A stretch of DNA of 64,000 nt from Camelus ferus (GCF_009834535.1 NC_045696.1:19904001-19968000); one strand, 5' to 3'. Counted from the stretch's first letter, positions 38,480 through 51,859 are shown. Notes: generated from the sequence alone by a model not told the origin. Numbers and translations are program-made.

Positions 38480-38605
38480 TTCCAATTAGAGGGAAAGCCC
38501 CAGGGGAGTCGAGACTGTGCCACATTCATCTTCGTAGCCTCAGTTCCGTAGCATAGCCCTGGGCAAAATTGAAAAATACCCAACATACTGTTCTGAATGA
38601 AATGA
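38480..38605 (+). mobile_element. L2 3' tail
   Basis: AAGCCCCAGGGGAGTCGAGACTGTG...CATCTTCGTAGCCTCAG...TGTTCTGAATGAA. Confidence 0.6.
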
Positions 38606-39217
38606 TAATATATTTAAAGGGAATTTGTCCATTTCAAAATGCATACTGACTTAAGATATTAATATTATGACATTTGTTGTTCAAAATAGACTTTTCGAAT
38701 TTAAAGATAAGTTAAACTTTGTTTGCCAAAGAGAAGATTATTAGCAAAGGCAAAAGTTTTATGTTCTTTATTTTTTATGCATTTCCATAGTGCTAGCTCC
38801 CAGAAACTCAATATGGGAAATTATCATTTTGAGCACTGAGATAAGAGGAAAAAGATAAATGCATATTGTTTCAGCACTTCACGCTTCAAAATCGCTCCTA
38901 AAATGCATTCTGAAAAACGTGAATACTTAGTTGCCTTATTTGGCATATCCAAGGATGAACAAACTAAAGAAAATGTAAGACTGATTTGAAATATCTCTAC
39001 TGAGGTAATAACTTATTTCCACTATTGTATCATAAATATGCCATTGCAATCTTATTAACTGATACAATCTAATTAGCATCAAAGGCAAGGTGCATGTTCT
39101 GAATGAAAGACTCCATTCAACAGTAACTATTAGGGCCAAGATATACGTAATGAGACACATTTTTCAAAGAAATGTTTTCATTGTGAGAACTTCTGCGAAG
39201 ATTTTATGGGACTCCGG

Positions 39218-39780
39218 CTTAATTTAATCCAACAAATATTTCCTGAGAATTTATCGTGGGCCCAATATACTAAATTCTAGTCAAGTGCAAGTGAATTAAA
39301 AGCAAGCTCATCCAAAAGTTTACGGTAGGAAAATTAGATATTCAAAAGGAAAATTCTAATTACATGCGACAAGTGCAATGAGAAAAGTATCAGAAGCGTT
39401 AGGGAAGGAAAGAGATGGATATTTAACCTTGCCTTGAGGACTGGCTTTGGGCTAGTGATAGTGATTATGGTAATACCTGAGCTAAATGCTAAAGATTGAA
39501 TCCAAGAGAATGGGAAGGGGGAAGTCTTTTTTCAGACCAAGGGACTTGCGAAGTTGCAGAGAAGTTGAAACTACCACCAAAAGTAGATCATCAGAGTTAA
39601 GGAGTAAACTGTGATATAGGGACTAGTGGAAGATTACATCCTTTTTTAATGACAGAAAGCATCCATGTCATGGAAGCCCTTGTTTGCAAGGATTAAGAGT
39701 ATTTGGTGGAAACTGACCAAAATATCACTACAGATACAGTGTTTTGTAGAAAGGAGATGTTTTATGCATGTTATTGCCTT
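39218..39780 (-). mobile_element. L2, degraded
   Basis: ATTTAATCCAACAAATATTTCCTGAGAATTTA followed by a purine-rich L2-like body. Confidence 0.6.
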
Positions 39781-40139
39781 ATTGTAAGTCATGGAAGCAT
39801 TTAGCAATAAAGACAGAAGGATACAGTTAGAACCCACTTCATTCGATTGTAATTAGTTATCTCATGTGAACTCAGTTCAATATTGAAATAATATTGAATC
39901 TAGTAAAGTATGGTAGACAGTACTTAAACCCGAAGAGCATAGAATCAGTGGGATTTCCTGCATCCATCATTTGGCAGGCTTTCACTAGCAGGCTGCATTT
40001 ACATTCTATTATTTTATAAAATGTGTCCTTCTGAACCTGGGCAAAGTTGTAGCAGTCTAGCATCCAGGCTATCAGGTAGTCTGAAAACCAAAGCTAGAAA
40101 AGTAAAGTTACAAGTGATATGGTAAAGCAGAAATATCTT

Positions 40140-40635
40140 TCTAACTCCCTCCAGTTGAAACAAATCTCACACAGACTATTGCAATTGCCTCCTTAATCTG
40201 TCATCTACTGTGTACACGTCTCCCCAGAAGATTTTTTTTTTTCCAAACTGTGGTCAAAATACTCTTTTGAAAAGATTAGTTTTATCCTCTAGTTCCGCCC
40301 TCAGTTTAAAGCCCTTTAATGAATTAGCAGTGCATTTAAGATTAAAAATGAAATCATAAACATGGCCAATCAGGCTCTGCATATTCTGTTTCCTTTAAGA
40401 ATCTGTAGCCTCATGTTTTGCTCCCAGGAACCCCTTGTTCTCTAAAAAATCAGTTGTGTTGTCCTGTTTTGTTACATCATTAAGCTGTTGTATAAGAAGT
40501 TCTCTCTGCCCAAGATAATTTTTCTTCCAACACTCCGTAAACTCCACTCTTCTATCATAAGTTCATTTATAATCAACTTTCAGATCTCAACTAAATAGTC
40601 ACTTACCCAGACAAACCTCCACCAACCTCTTTGCT
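40140..40635 (+). mobile_element. L2, degraded
   Basis: ACTATTGCAATTGCCTCCTTAA...TTTCAGATCTCAACTAAATAGTCACTT. Confidence 0.55.
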
Positions 40636-42831
40636 GGTCCAGTAACTATTTTGCATTTTTAATATAGAGATATCAAAAGAATAGATATATACCTGACAAT
40701 CACAGAGCTGAACATTTAGCTGAAGAGACAAAAAATAGATAATTGTAATATACTTTATAAATGTCATGATAGAGCATGGAATCTGAAGATATCATTTGAG
40801 ACATATTTAGCCCCTTTAAAAAATAGATGTTGGCTCTCAGTATGCCTAACCTTAAAACCAGAATTATACTCAGGATATCAAAACCTTCAAAGTGAGCCCA
40901 AATTTAAAAACAAATAAATACCTTAGTTTATTTAAAATTAAGAAGGTCCTTTTTCAGCAACAAGTTTTATAAAATAGATTTGTTTCTTTGTTTGGTTTCA
41001 TGAATTGCTTTGTTTGTGTGGGCAATTGTGGCTTAATAACATGTTCCTAGCATCTTTGAATGCTTGAACAATTCAAGTACATGGGTTCAACCCACAAGGG
41101 AAGGGCATGGTGTGAAATGTCTAATTAGTTGTACAGGGCAGTGTTTCATGAGTCCCTAGGGAATAATAAAAACTCCATATCTTGCATTTACTTCTGAGAA
41201 AATAGAACTATTTGAATCTTTCTTATTGCTTCCATTCACATAAATTCCAATAGTTTATTTCAGGGTTGTTCATATCACATCTTAATCTTACAGGTATATA
41301 TGATTAACATTATAAAATGTTAACTATGAGACTAGAGGTAAAATGTTAAGTGGTTTTATATTATGAGTGAATTTTATTAAAAAAAAATTTGTGAGAAAAA
41401 GATCCAACAAGATTAAACTGAAAAATGCAATAGAGTCGCTATCTTAGGAAAATAATATGAGAACAGATTTTCAGTGGGAGGGAGCAACCTGGAATATTAT
41501 AGTGCCAGAAGATACCTAATAGTCATAGACAGTGACTTAGACATTAGACATAATGTGAACATTAAAAAAAAAAAAAAAGCTTTAAGTATTCATGTTTTGT
41601 TTTCTATTCACATTTATTTTGAAGCGTGTAAAATTTTAAGTTCAACTACATGAATTTATTTAGAGATCTTATTAAAATATCTTATTAAAAATAACTGCTA
41701 ATTCACATGGACCTTTGACCCAAATGAAGGTCCCCATTTGAATTGAGAAAAAAGATGACACACAAAGTTCAAATATCTTAAAATATTTTTTATCTTTTTA
41801 AATTATCTGAAATCCAGAACTGCATTTTTAGCAGTAGTAAAATTTAAAATGTTCAGTTAGCTTCAAAAATATTTACAAAAGTAAGACATAAGTGAGAATG
41901 GCTTTGTGAATAATACGTATCATATTCGACACACATTTGGGTACACATTTAAATTTTGATTACATATGTAGAGCAATAGTCTCACTAATATTTCAGAATG
42001 ACAGAGACAAACCAAAATTTTAAGAAGTTTGACAATTGAGAATCAAAAGGAAATGCACGAGGTTTTCTGTAGTCCAATCTGTTGGTACTGGGTAGAGTTG
42101 GGAAAGTTAAGCCTGAGTAAAACAGTATGTAAAAGAGATCAAAATGGTGGATAATATTGGTAAGACAGAAGGTTGGCCGAAAGAAATGTTTCTCTATCCA
42201 ATATACTCTTTCTTCAGAAAAAATCCTTCCGTATGCTAAGAAGAAAAATATTTGTATAATATACCATACGTTACACTTTAAGGTCTCTCTCTTCAGCACA
42301 TTTTATGAGTCTATGTAATTCTTTGGACATTGATCAAAGTATAAATGCAAGATGGATGCTATCTAATAAATGGGCATATGTTTAGTCCCCACTAGAACTT
42401 GCAGTTCCTTTAATGAGAACATCTGCTTGGGGTTAATATTAGTAAATAACAACATGAACACCATTGTGTGTGAGGAAGTCTCGGATTTCTGTCAGTTTGC
42501 TATATAACCTGCCAGCAGCCATCAAGCGCAGCAGGAATATATCACCAATTCATTTTCTAGATTGGTTACATTAACTCTGTGGCACATTCATTGGATGAGA
42601 AGAGATGTTCTTGATGATGAAAATAATTAATGCTATAATTAATACATACAACTACTATACCAGAATGGTCAAATCTTTCCAACTATGTCTAATTTGACTA
42701 CCTCAAGATGCCCATTTGAGTAAGTATGGAAGAAAAATGATGCCTAGAGAAATTAAAAACATCACATAATATCACAAAAATATATGCTCTCTTTTATTTG
42801 GCCTGTGCAGCCATTTCTTTTGCCAATTAAT

Positions 42832-43558
42832 AAAAATGCTTTATGTTGGTGCAGCCATTATGGAAAACAGTATGGAGATTTCTCAAAAAACTAAAAATAG
42901 GCTTACCATATGATTCAGCAATCCCAATTCTGGGTATATATCCAGAGGGAACTCTAATGTGAAAAGATACATGCACCACAATGTTATAGCAGCACTAGTT
43001 ACAAGAGCCAAGACATGGAAGCAATGTAGATGTCCATCGATGGATGACTGGATAAAGATGTTGTGGTATATTTATACAATGGAAAACTACTCAGCTATAA
43101 GAAAGAATAAAATAATGTCATTTGCAGCAACATGGATGGAGATCGTTATTCTAGGTGAAGTAAGCCAGAAAGAGAAAGAAAAATACCATATGATATCACT
43201 TATATGTGGAATCTAAAAAGAAAAAAAAAGTACACTATGAACTCATCTACAAAACTACAAAACAGAAACAGACTCGCAGACATAGTAAATGATCTTATGG
43301 TTATCAGGGAAAGGGAGTGGGAAGGGATAAATTTGGGAGTTTGAGATTTGCAAATGTTAGCCACTATATATAAAAATAGATTTTAGAAAAGTTTCTTCTG
43401 TATAGCACAGGGAACTATGTTCAGTATCTTGTAATAACCTTTAATGAAAAAATATGAAAAAGAATACATGTATAATATGCATGACTGGGACATTGTGATG
43501 TACATCAGAAATTGACACATTGTAATTGACTGTACTTCAATTAAAAAAATACTTTATG
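42832..43558 (+). mobile_element. 5'-truncated camelid-type L1 (ORF2 C-terminus plus 3'UTR) with TSD
   Basis: ORF 42959-43216 reads like the L1 ORF2p C-terminus (WIKMLWYIYTMENYSAIRKNKIMSFAATWM); TSD AAAAATGCTTTATG / AAAAATACTTTATG (13/14). Confidence 0.95.
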
Positions 43559-43629
43559 GATATTTAAAATGCCTTAAAGATCTACACTTTGCTTGCAGGA
43601 AGATAAGGCTTGTAAGGCTTTATTATTGC

Positions 43630-44147
43630 CATGGTAGCCTGCCTTCATTCATGCCCCCAGTGATGCTCACTTCAGGGTGCTCAGGCCCTCATAAGCTCCT
43701 TTCCAAAATGGCATCAAGCTGACTGGTGTAACCAATAGGATACTCTGAAACTACAGTGTGGCTTCCAGGCTATATCATAAAAGACATGTTGACGGCTATT
43801 GGATCACTTTCTTTGGGAGAATCCAGCTGCTATGCTCTATCATCTCCAACACCCCTAAGGATAGGCCCATGTGGGGAAAAGCGATTCCTGCTGGCAGCCA
43901 GATCAATTTGCCAGTTCTGGGAATAAGCTCATTGTGAAAACAGATCCTCCAGCCGTAGCCGAGCCTTCAGAGGATGGCGGTCACAGGCGTACTCTTAACA
44001 GCAACTGCAGAGAGAGGTTCAAGTAGAGCACAACTCAGCTAAGCCACTCCATGACTCCCCGGCCACAGAAACTGTGTGAGATAATGTTTATGATTTTAAG
44101 CCATTACGTTTTTAGATAATTTATTGTGAGGCTAGATAACTAATACA
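43630..44147 (+). mobile_element. MLT1F-like MaLR solo LTR
   Basis: Ends TTTTAAGCCATTACGTTTT...TAGATAACTAATACA; perfect 5-bp TSD ATTGC (43625-43629, 44148-44152); the first dinucleotide reads CA instead of TG. Confidence 0.88.
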
Positions 44148-44344
44148 ATTGCTAAGCATATTGGCAACTGAGCACTAAAATGTTTTTTTCCAAACTGTAT
44201 ATATTTGTATATTGTATGCTGCCTGATCACATTCCCACTGTTCTCCAAATATTTAAGAAAAATGTTTAATTCATAAATTTTTTTAAAAAAAAAACAACTG
44301 CTCACTCCACCCGAAGGATAATTTCCTCAAGAGAAAAAAATAAT

Positions 44345-44540
44345 GAAAATCAATCATGTTTTTTTCCAAATCTCTGATATTCATTCCCTAAGAAATATTT
44401 TTCAGAGTCTATCACGTGCAGACAGAGGAAATAACGTATACAATCCCTGCCCTCATGCAGATTATATTCCAGAGTGTGGAAATAGAATCTAACAATGAAG
44501 TAAGTCAGACTGTGGTGAGTGGCGTGGAGAATAATAAATC
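44345..44540 (-). mobile_element. L2 tail
   Basis: AAATATTTTTCAGAGTCTATCACGTGCAG...ATCCCTGCCCTCATGCAGATTATATTC. Confidence 0.7.
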
Positions 44541-44809
44541 CCTTGGCAGGAGGAGAAAGCTTGGGGGTCACAGGCCTGATTTGTTTTAGTAGAATCCCAA
44601 GGCTGACAATGGCAGTGGGCACAGTCCAGACAGCTTGCACTGCTCACACCACTACAGTGGATGCTGGAAGATGCAACCACTGTGTCTAGAAATTCAGCAT
44701 GGTACCTGGTTTTTCAGATCAGTATTCCCAGTTGAAAATACAGGGCAAGTGTAACCTAGTGTTGGATTCAGTCATGTGGCTATCTTCTGGCCATAAGTCT
44801 TCATGACAA

Positions 44810-45407
44810 GTCTAAAATGGTGACACGTCTGTGATTTTTACCCTATCAGCGAACTTGCAAGATAGTCTGCCAGAGAAAGTCAAGACGAAGCTGCCATGAC
44901 AAGTCCATTCTGTTGAGACAGTAGCTGCTACGTAGACTGCCTAACTTCCAAGGCTAATAAAATGCATATGCCTGCTTGCTCAGAGACAAAGACCATTTAT
45001 TGCTCTTATATTGGTTCCCTATGCATCAATCCCAACAAGGCAACACAAGACCTAGAAGTTATCTGTACATGCAGTGGGGTACATAACAAGAGACAAAGCT
45101 CAAAATTAGGAAATTCTGACCTTACTGTAGGGCTGCTTATGATCTGTCTATCTTCTCTTCCATAGATAGAAAGGGCAGCAAGAATATTATTTTTATTCTG
45201 GAATGCAAGCAAGTATCTCTGGGGGTGAAGAGGAAGCCATCTCTTTGTTTATTACTCTGGGATAGAAATAAATTGCCTCCAAAAAGGGGGAAAGTACTTA
45301 AATATCCTGAAATTCTCTATACACAATAGTTGACTATAAATGCTTTTGTTCAAGGGACTCCAGCTGATCAGGAATATAAGAAATCCATAGGAAAATCTCT
45401 CCCGACA
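44810..45407 (-). mobile_element. LTR40-like ERVL LTR, possibly with adjacent internal sequence to about 44540
   Basis: Minus strand starts TGTCGGGAGAGATTTTCCTATGGA, contains CCCACTGCATGTACAG and AATAAATGGTCTTTGTCTCTGA, and ends TAGGGTAAAAATCACAGAC. Confidence 0.65.
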
Positions 45408-45559
45408 CAAGTAAGGTTAGAAAAGAGAACAGAAGTCTCTTTCAGATTTGGTAGTGAGTTTCAGTCTCTTCTTCAAAAGGCAGAAGATTCTGCAAGCATG
45501 TAAGGCAAGTGAGTAGCTGAAATGACAAGAAAAATGCTAAATGGCTGCTAAAATCAACC

Positions 45560-45930
45560 TCAAAGGTGGCCGGTTCATTGGCTCCACAGTTTAGACAGAA
45601 ACTTAATTTCTTCTCATGGCTTTATTCTCCCATCTTTGGTTAATTCCAACTTCAATCTGTTAAAAATATAGTAGCAGTAGTCCCAGGAATCATGTTAAAA
45701 AATAATGTCAACCACAAGACCACAGTAGCAAAAACAATAATAAAAATGCTTTTTAAAACAGAAGAGACACTAGATTTTCCTGTGTCTCTATTCTGTCAAT
45801 GAGGAAACGAGGAAACCTGTCTGAGAAGCCTTCCATCCGAATTTGCTTCTAGAATTGCATCACATGCTTTTTTTCTAAAACTGCCACTGTGTAAAGAGTA
45901 TGGGATGACTGAAATGGCTTAATCAACAGG
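45560..45930 (-). mobile_element. Old MaLR LTR fragment (MLT1J/K-like)
   Basis: CTAGAATTGCATCACATGC...ATGGGATGACTGAAATGGCTTA; weak match. Confidence 0.4.
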
Positions 45931-48714
45931 TGGATATGGAAACGACCACCAGAGGGTGCAGCAGGAATGGCAACTGACCAGGATTTGGAGAATATAGAAA
46001 CTGGTCCGCACATACCAGGTTGGTTGGTTAAGTAGGAATTAAATAGTCGATGGGAGTAAAAGAACGTTTTGAGGGGGAGGTAGAAACCATAGCATTAAAA
46101 AAGAATGGGGTAGGTATAGAGTTTTTCCAAAAACAGAAGGGAGTTCAATTTAAATGGAACTTTGATTTCAAGAAGGTAATTACCAGAAATAAGACCAAAG
46201 AGATAAATAAGATTTAATCACGAAGAGTCAAGTATTAAGTTTATGTTTTCCTTAGAGCTATGTTTGCATATAATATTATACAACAATTCCAGCACAATTG
46301 ACTCTTAAATTCCATACAACCCATATCCTACACTAACATTAATTTGAAGATTTAAAACTACTTTCGTAAAATTGATTCATATTTATGTTTTTGAAAAGTC
46401 AGTCTTCTGTCTCCTTAACTGAAAATAAGTTTTTATTATTGCATTAACCTCTTACAAGAGACTAAAATTCAAGATGAGACCAATGTTTATACGTAATGAG
46501 AGAATGGCATATACTAGTCATGATAAAACAGAAATGTTGGAAGGGATTAAAAACGTACTAGTTCTTCAATAAATTTGTAACCTGATGGTTTTATTACCAC
46601 TATGGGATATTGGATGTTTCTTCCTTTTTCAAATATTTCTAAAGCTCTTAAGGAGAATTTTTTTTATTTGCCAAGCAATTATTTTGAGTTTCTGATCTTT
46701 TATACCCCATTTGGAGTCCCATTGCATGAGTATAATACACAGAGCAGTGCAGAAGAATTTTAAGGCTAAATGGTTGTGACCCTGGTTATACTTTCAAGAT
46801 GATGTTAGTGGAACTCCTCTGAAATTGAAGCCCTCTGATGTCTGTTCTCAAAAGTAATAAACACATGAAGTATTTGGTCCAGATTATAACATATTTTGTC
46901 TTTCCTTCATTTTTATCCCATTATGATACCATAGGATATTATGCTCCATGACAGATCTGCTCTTATTGATAATCTCACAATAGGAAACATTTTCAGAAGA
47001 AACCGCTGAATCAAAATGAATAGGTGAACAATATCTCAACATACCCACCATTAAATTAAAATTCATTTCCGTTAAAATTTGATACACAATATGAAGTGGA
47101 AAAATAATTTTACAACACCACACACACAGGCATTCTTTACATCCTAAAGATGCATTTGTAATTGGACACACAGACAATGAGAATATCGTATGATATGGTG
47201 CCTCTTGAAAGGAAGTTACTATCTTTTCTGATTATAGGAGATTTCAGCGGTTCCATGTTTCTCCTTTACTGCAGTCCTGTCAAGTGGGGGGTCATAAAGG
47301 CAAAAACATCATATGAAGGAGAACAATATGGAGAAGCATAGGAAACTTCATTAGAATAGTCAAAAAAAAGCTTTAACTATGACATAATAGATACATATCT
47401 TAGAAATAGGCATTTACTATTGGGAACCAGAACACTTTATTGTGGGTTAGAAAGAAAAGCAGACTTCCTTTTGCAAGATGTTTTTCCTGTGTTTGGTGTA
47501 GATGTCACACAACTGTAGATTGTGGACTTTGAGAGAGAGAAAAAACTTTCATTTTTCCTAACGAAAGTCAGTTCTATGGATTTGGGAGAATATTTTTATC
47601 TTGAAAAGACCTGCTTAGTGAGTACTTTAGTGGTAAGTGATTTCATTAGCTCCCAAGGAGGAGAAAGATCATTTTAATTTTGTAGGTTTAAGGAAGTAAC
47701 ATGAATGCACTATCCTGATTTTCTACCCTCTGTTGACCTGTCCTATTCACCTTAGTAGGATGGAAATTAAATATTCATAACAGATACTATAAGTAAGAAT
47801 AAAAATTATGGTTTGGATTGGATCACTCAGAACCCAAGTGTAGAAAAATTAGAGAGTAAAGTGTACAGCAGACATGAGAACTGAAAATACGGTGCTATCA
47901 CAATGTCATCACCTCTTCCTGTTTCATTCGGCATCAGTAGTAAGTGTTGGGGACAATTGAAGGGAAATAGAGCAGAGACAAGAGCCCAGGAGTCCTTCTA
48001 AGGCATTAGAATGAAATAAAGTTATAACTAGAAAGTATTGAGCACATGTCACTAATATATTCCACCAAAACTGAAGGGTTTGTTTTTCCCCATCCAAAAT
48101 GAGACATGAAAAATGAAAACTAGATTATTATGTATATTTTTGGATGTGAAAATAGCAGTTCTGTTATGTTACTTTGTGGCTTTTATTCCTTTGATGACTT
48201 CATGATACTATCACCACTTCCACAATTTTCTCTTATTTTACCTTTGCCTCTGAAACTAAACTTCTGAAGTAGAGTGTGGCAGATGGGTGGGAAGGCATAA
48301 CTGGATTAGGAGGTGTGGCATGTATTCTTGGCCAGTAAGGGAAACAATTCGTTTTTCTTTCCTATCCATTTCCAACTCTCACTCTCAAGACTGCTCATAG
48401 AATGATGCAGAAAAGAGCATTCATACTTAAGTATAGAATATCAACTCTTCATGTCCCAGAGAAAAGTGCATAACACTTTGTTCAGTGATGTCCAGCTTGT
48501 TCCAATATATGCAAAGTGGAATAATTCACTGATGCATAGAACCACTGAAAAGGGATATCATGAGAATTTTGAAAGCCTTGTGTGTTTTATTATCTCTAAT
48601 TTCCCTCCCTTGAAAAGTTCCATTCAATTACCCATTCCTTTATTCTTTGCACATATGTTCTCAATTTGCACTGTATCAATTTGCATTTATTTGTAGATTG
48701 CTGTTGGTAAAACA

Positions 48715-48852
48715 TTTCTTAATGTTCTGTGAATGTACATTTATTTTTCTGTCTCCACAACTGGATTGAAATTTCGTGCAGGACAAGCACTTAATTCCCT
48801 CTCGCTGCCCCTAGCCAGGACAAGTACTCAATAAAAGTTTATTGAAAATGAA
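48715..48852 (+). mobile_element. L2 3' tail
   Basis: CTGTCTCCACAACTGGATTG...GTACTCAATAAAAGTTTATTGAA. Confidence 0.6.
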
Positions 48853-48864
48853 AACTCTTGCTTC

Positions 48865-49520
48865 AAAATCACTCTTTACTACCAAACACAGAAACCATAA
48901 GCGAAAAGATTGACTGATTGGACCTTACAAACATTTTAACTTCTGGGCATTAAATACTGATGAATAAGCAAAACTGAAAAGTAAGTAAAAAATGGGAAAA
49001 CATAGGAATTATAGGCAGCATTTATGACATAAAAAACTTTACTCTTTAATAAACTAGTTAATTTAAATCAATAGTAAAAAAAAATAACTACTCAAATATG
49101 TAAGTGGAAAAGGGTTGTGATCATGCAATTTGCAATGGGGATGACAGATAAATGGATAGATAGATATATATGTACATAGACACATAGGTATATGAAAATA
49201 CACTGACACCAATACTAATCTAAGGAAATATGATTTAAACTAATGTAAAGTATATATTTATTTCTTAAATTAGCATGGAATCCAGGGATAATAATGCTGA
49301 ATATCATCAGTATGTTTGTGGAGGGATCAGGAACTCCTTCAGACCTGTGAGTGGGGGCCACAAGCTGTACACTTTCTGGAGGGAGTTTTCACCATCTGAA
49401 TCATATATTTAAAGATATATTCAAATTTGCGACCATAACCCTATATAATCATACATAAATTTTCTGAAGAATTTATCACAAGAGAATACTGAATGTATTT
49501 AATAATATAAACTTGGGGAC
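48865..49520 (+). mobile_element. L1ME-like ORF2 end, degraded
   Basis: A-rich; CACAGAAACCATAAGCGAAAAGATTGA, TATATGAAAATACACTGACACCAATACTAATC, CACTTTCTGGAGGG. Confidence 0.6.
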
Positions 49521-51004
49521 AATTACATTTATTATATTAAAGGAGTAGAGTTTTCAGAAAATTAGTAATAAACCTAAAAAGAGAGATAACTTGTCAGCCG
49601 GTTGCTGTAAACATATTGCCTATGATAGTCTTAGATTTCATTTAAAAAATTAAGTATATATTCTTTCAAAATGGCTAACTTTCACACTTTAAATTTTTAT
49701 TCAAATAATTACATCCCAGTATTTCTTTTATCAGTAACTTAGACCTTGTTAACTGTAGGCCTTGCAAATTATTTTATTAACCAAAGGCAATCTAAATAAG
49801 ATAGACAATAATAAACCCCTTAATAAGAATTAGAGTGCATAAAATTGTTCATATTTGTGGCTATTTCTACTTTTCTTTTAAGAAAATTATGTTCAGAATC
49901 ATTTTAATCTCCACCAATTCAGAAATTAGGTAGTATCAAATGCAATATATGTATTTTTGTTGTGGTTGAGAGAGTCACTGATAACTGGTGATAACGTTTA
50001 GAGTAACTGAATTCCAAATTATTTATTATTCCATATTAGCTGGCAGTATCACAGCAAGTCAGTCATTGATACAAAACTGGTGCTTTGCGGGACTTCAGCA
50101 CAACAGAGAAAAGCAATCTTTCTAGATGGCAAGTAATCAGTCAGCAACTGCCCCAGGAATATAGGCACAGCATAAGTAGGTCCCTTTTGGGATAATCGCC
50201 CTTAGTAAATTAGAGAAAATGGTGCTAACTGCATGTTGTGTTTGTTGCTGCTTTTCCTGGTCTAGCATATTTTCAAAATATTTTTGTGACATAAACATTC
50301 ATTTACCTTGCTTGTGGTTGTAATAACAACAGAAAGAAGCTTGACAGAAGTAATGCAATTTGTTGGTTCTATCTTTCCAAATGCAAAGATAAAGTAATGA
50401 TAAAAATAGTAATCATTTTAAAGTAGCTCAAAATATAACCCCTTAAATAATTAAAGTGCCTCACATGAAATGAAATGACTGTGGCCCATTCAAGTAGGTG
50501 ACTCCAGGGTGTACTGGAGAACATCTTCAGAAAAGATTAATGGAGCATACATTTTAAGAAAAATATTATGGCTGATCGTAATACTCAATTTACACCTTTA
50601 CGAAAAAGATGAATTTGAAAGCAAATCTAAAATCCTGATTTGCTTCTGTGCAGTGGCTCCTATCCCTGCTCCCTAACCCTGACTCTCAATTGTGATTTCC
50701 CACCTGTAATTTTGAGCAGACTTATATTCAATTTTTGTTCTCCTTGAGGGCAAGCTGCTGCTGTTTTCAACTGCAGTTGAAGTATCGCTTGAAGGTAAGT
50801 AGGAACAATTGAATAGTTGTGAATAACTTATTCGCTGGTGGTAAAAGAAAGCTTCTCCTACCATTGTTTTCTGCAATGGCTCATACACCAAGATTCCAAA
50901 GACTCAGACTCAGGGCTTAACTTTACAGCCCAAGATAAACTGCAGCACTTCTGATGTCTCTGAGCTCCTGTGAGAGCAACATCGGCAGGTAGAAAAAAGG
51001 GGAT

Positions 51005-51312
51005 GGGATTCAACTATACAACATTCTGGAAAAAGCTAAACTATAGGGACAGCAGGAAGATTAGACCAGAAGATTAAGTATTCTGGGGGCGGGGTCTGGG
51101 AAAGAAGGAAGGGGTGAATGAGTAGAGCACAGAGGATTTTCAGGGCATTGAATCTATTCTGTAGGATACTGTGATGATGGATACATGTCATGGTACATTT
51201 GTCCAAACCCACAGAATGTACAATACAACATATAATGTGAACTATGAACTTTACTTAAAAATATGTCAGCACTGGTTCCTCAGTTGTAATAAACACAACA
51301 CACTAATGGAAG
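51005..51312 (+). mobile_element. L1MC-type 3' region
   Basis: AACATTCTGGAAAAAGCTAAACTATAG...GAGCACAGAGGATTTTCAGGGCA...GATACATGTCATGGTACATTTGTCCAAACCCACAGAATGTACAA. Confidence 0.88.
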
Positions 51313-51339
51313 GGTGCCGACAGGGTCTGTTCAAGTTCT

Positions 51340-51815
51340 CCTCTTACACTACTCAAATCCACCTGTGTCTCACAAATAAATTTTCTCTGTGCTGACAATG
51401 CTTCTTCATGACAGTGGCAAGGCATAATTTCTGAAAGAGAAAAAGAAAGAACAATGGTGGAATAATCTGTACTAGTCACCGCTGTAATCGGTACTGAGGC
51501 TACAAATAATATTCATAATATTCCTCCTCTACCACTTGGTTAGGTCTAGGTTGCTCCCCTTAGGGGATAACCCAGACCTCCATTCTCTAGGGACTGGAAC
51601 TCTGGTTACCATGCCCTTTCCAAACTATGGTTACTTATGATTATTACCCAAGAAGTGACCCAAACAGTCAGCTCGGGTCCACCCATACCCTTTCCAGTTC
51701 CAGTTGCAATTACACACACTACCATGAAAACCAGAGTCAATTACCCCTGTAAGGATGATACCTGCTGGTTTATTGTCAGGTGGAAACCAAAAGTCCAAAT
51801 AGCACCATTAAGGTT
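51340..51815 (-). mobile_element. ERVL/MaLR internal fragment with dUTPase-like remnant
   Basis: Minus strand 51762-51721 translates GIILTGVIDSGFHG, similar to dUTPase motif III (G-x-I-D-x-D-Y-x-G). Confidence 0.65.
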
Positions 51816-51859
51816 AGATTTAGTGAAATCCTAAATAAAAGTTCAGTTGACCCAAGACG

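Noticed and set aside
39876..39898. TTCAATATTGAA palindrome and a 9-bp stem
   Set aside because: AT-only short inverted repeats are expected by chance in this composition.
41985..42299. 104-aa minus-strand ORF in non-repeat DNA
   Set aside because: Non-ATG start, F/L/I-rich composition typical of AT-rich noise, and no convincing donor.
42959..43216. 85-aa ORF with real protein similarity
   Set aside because: It is the C-terminal remnant of L1 ORF2p in a truncated element, not a host gene.
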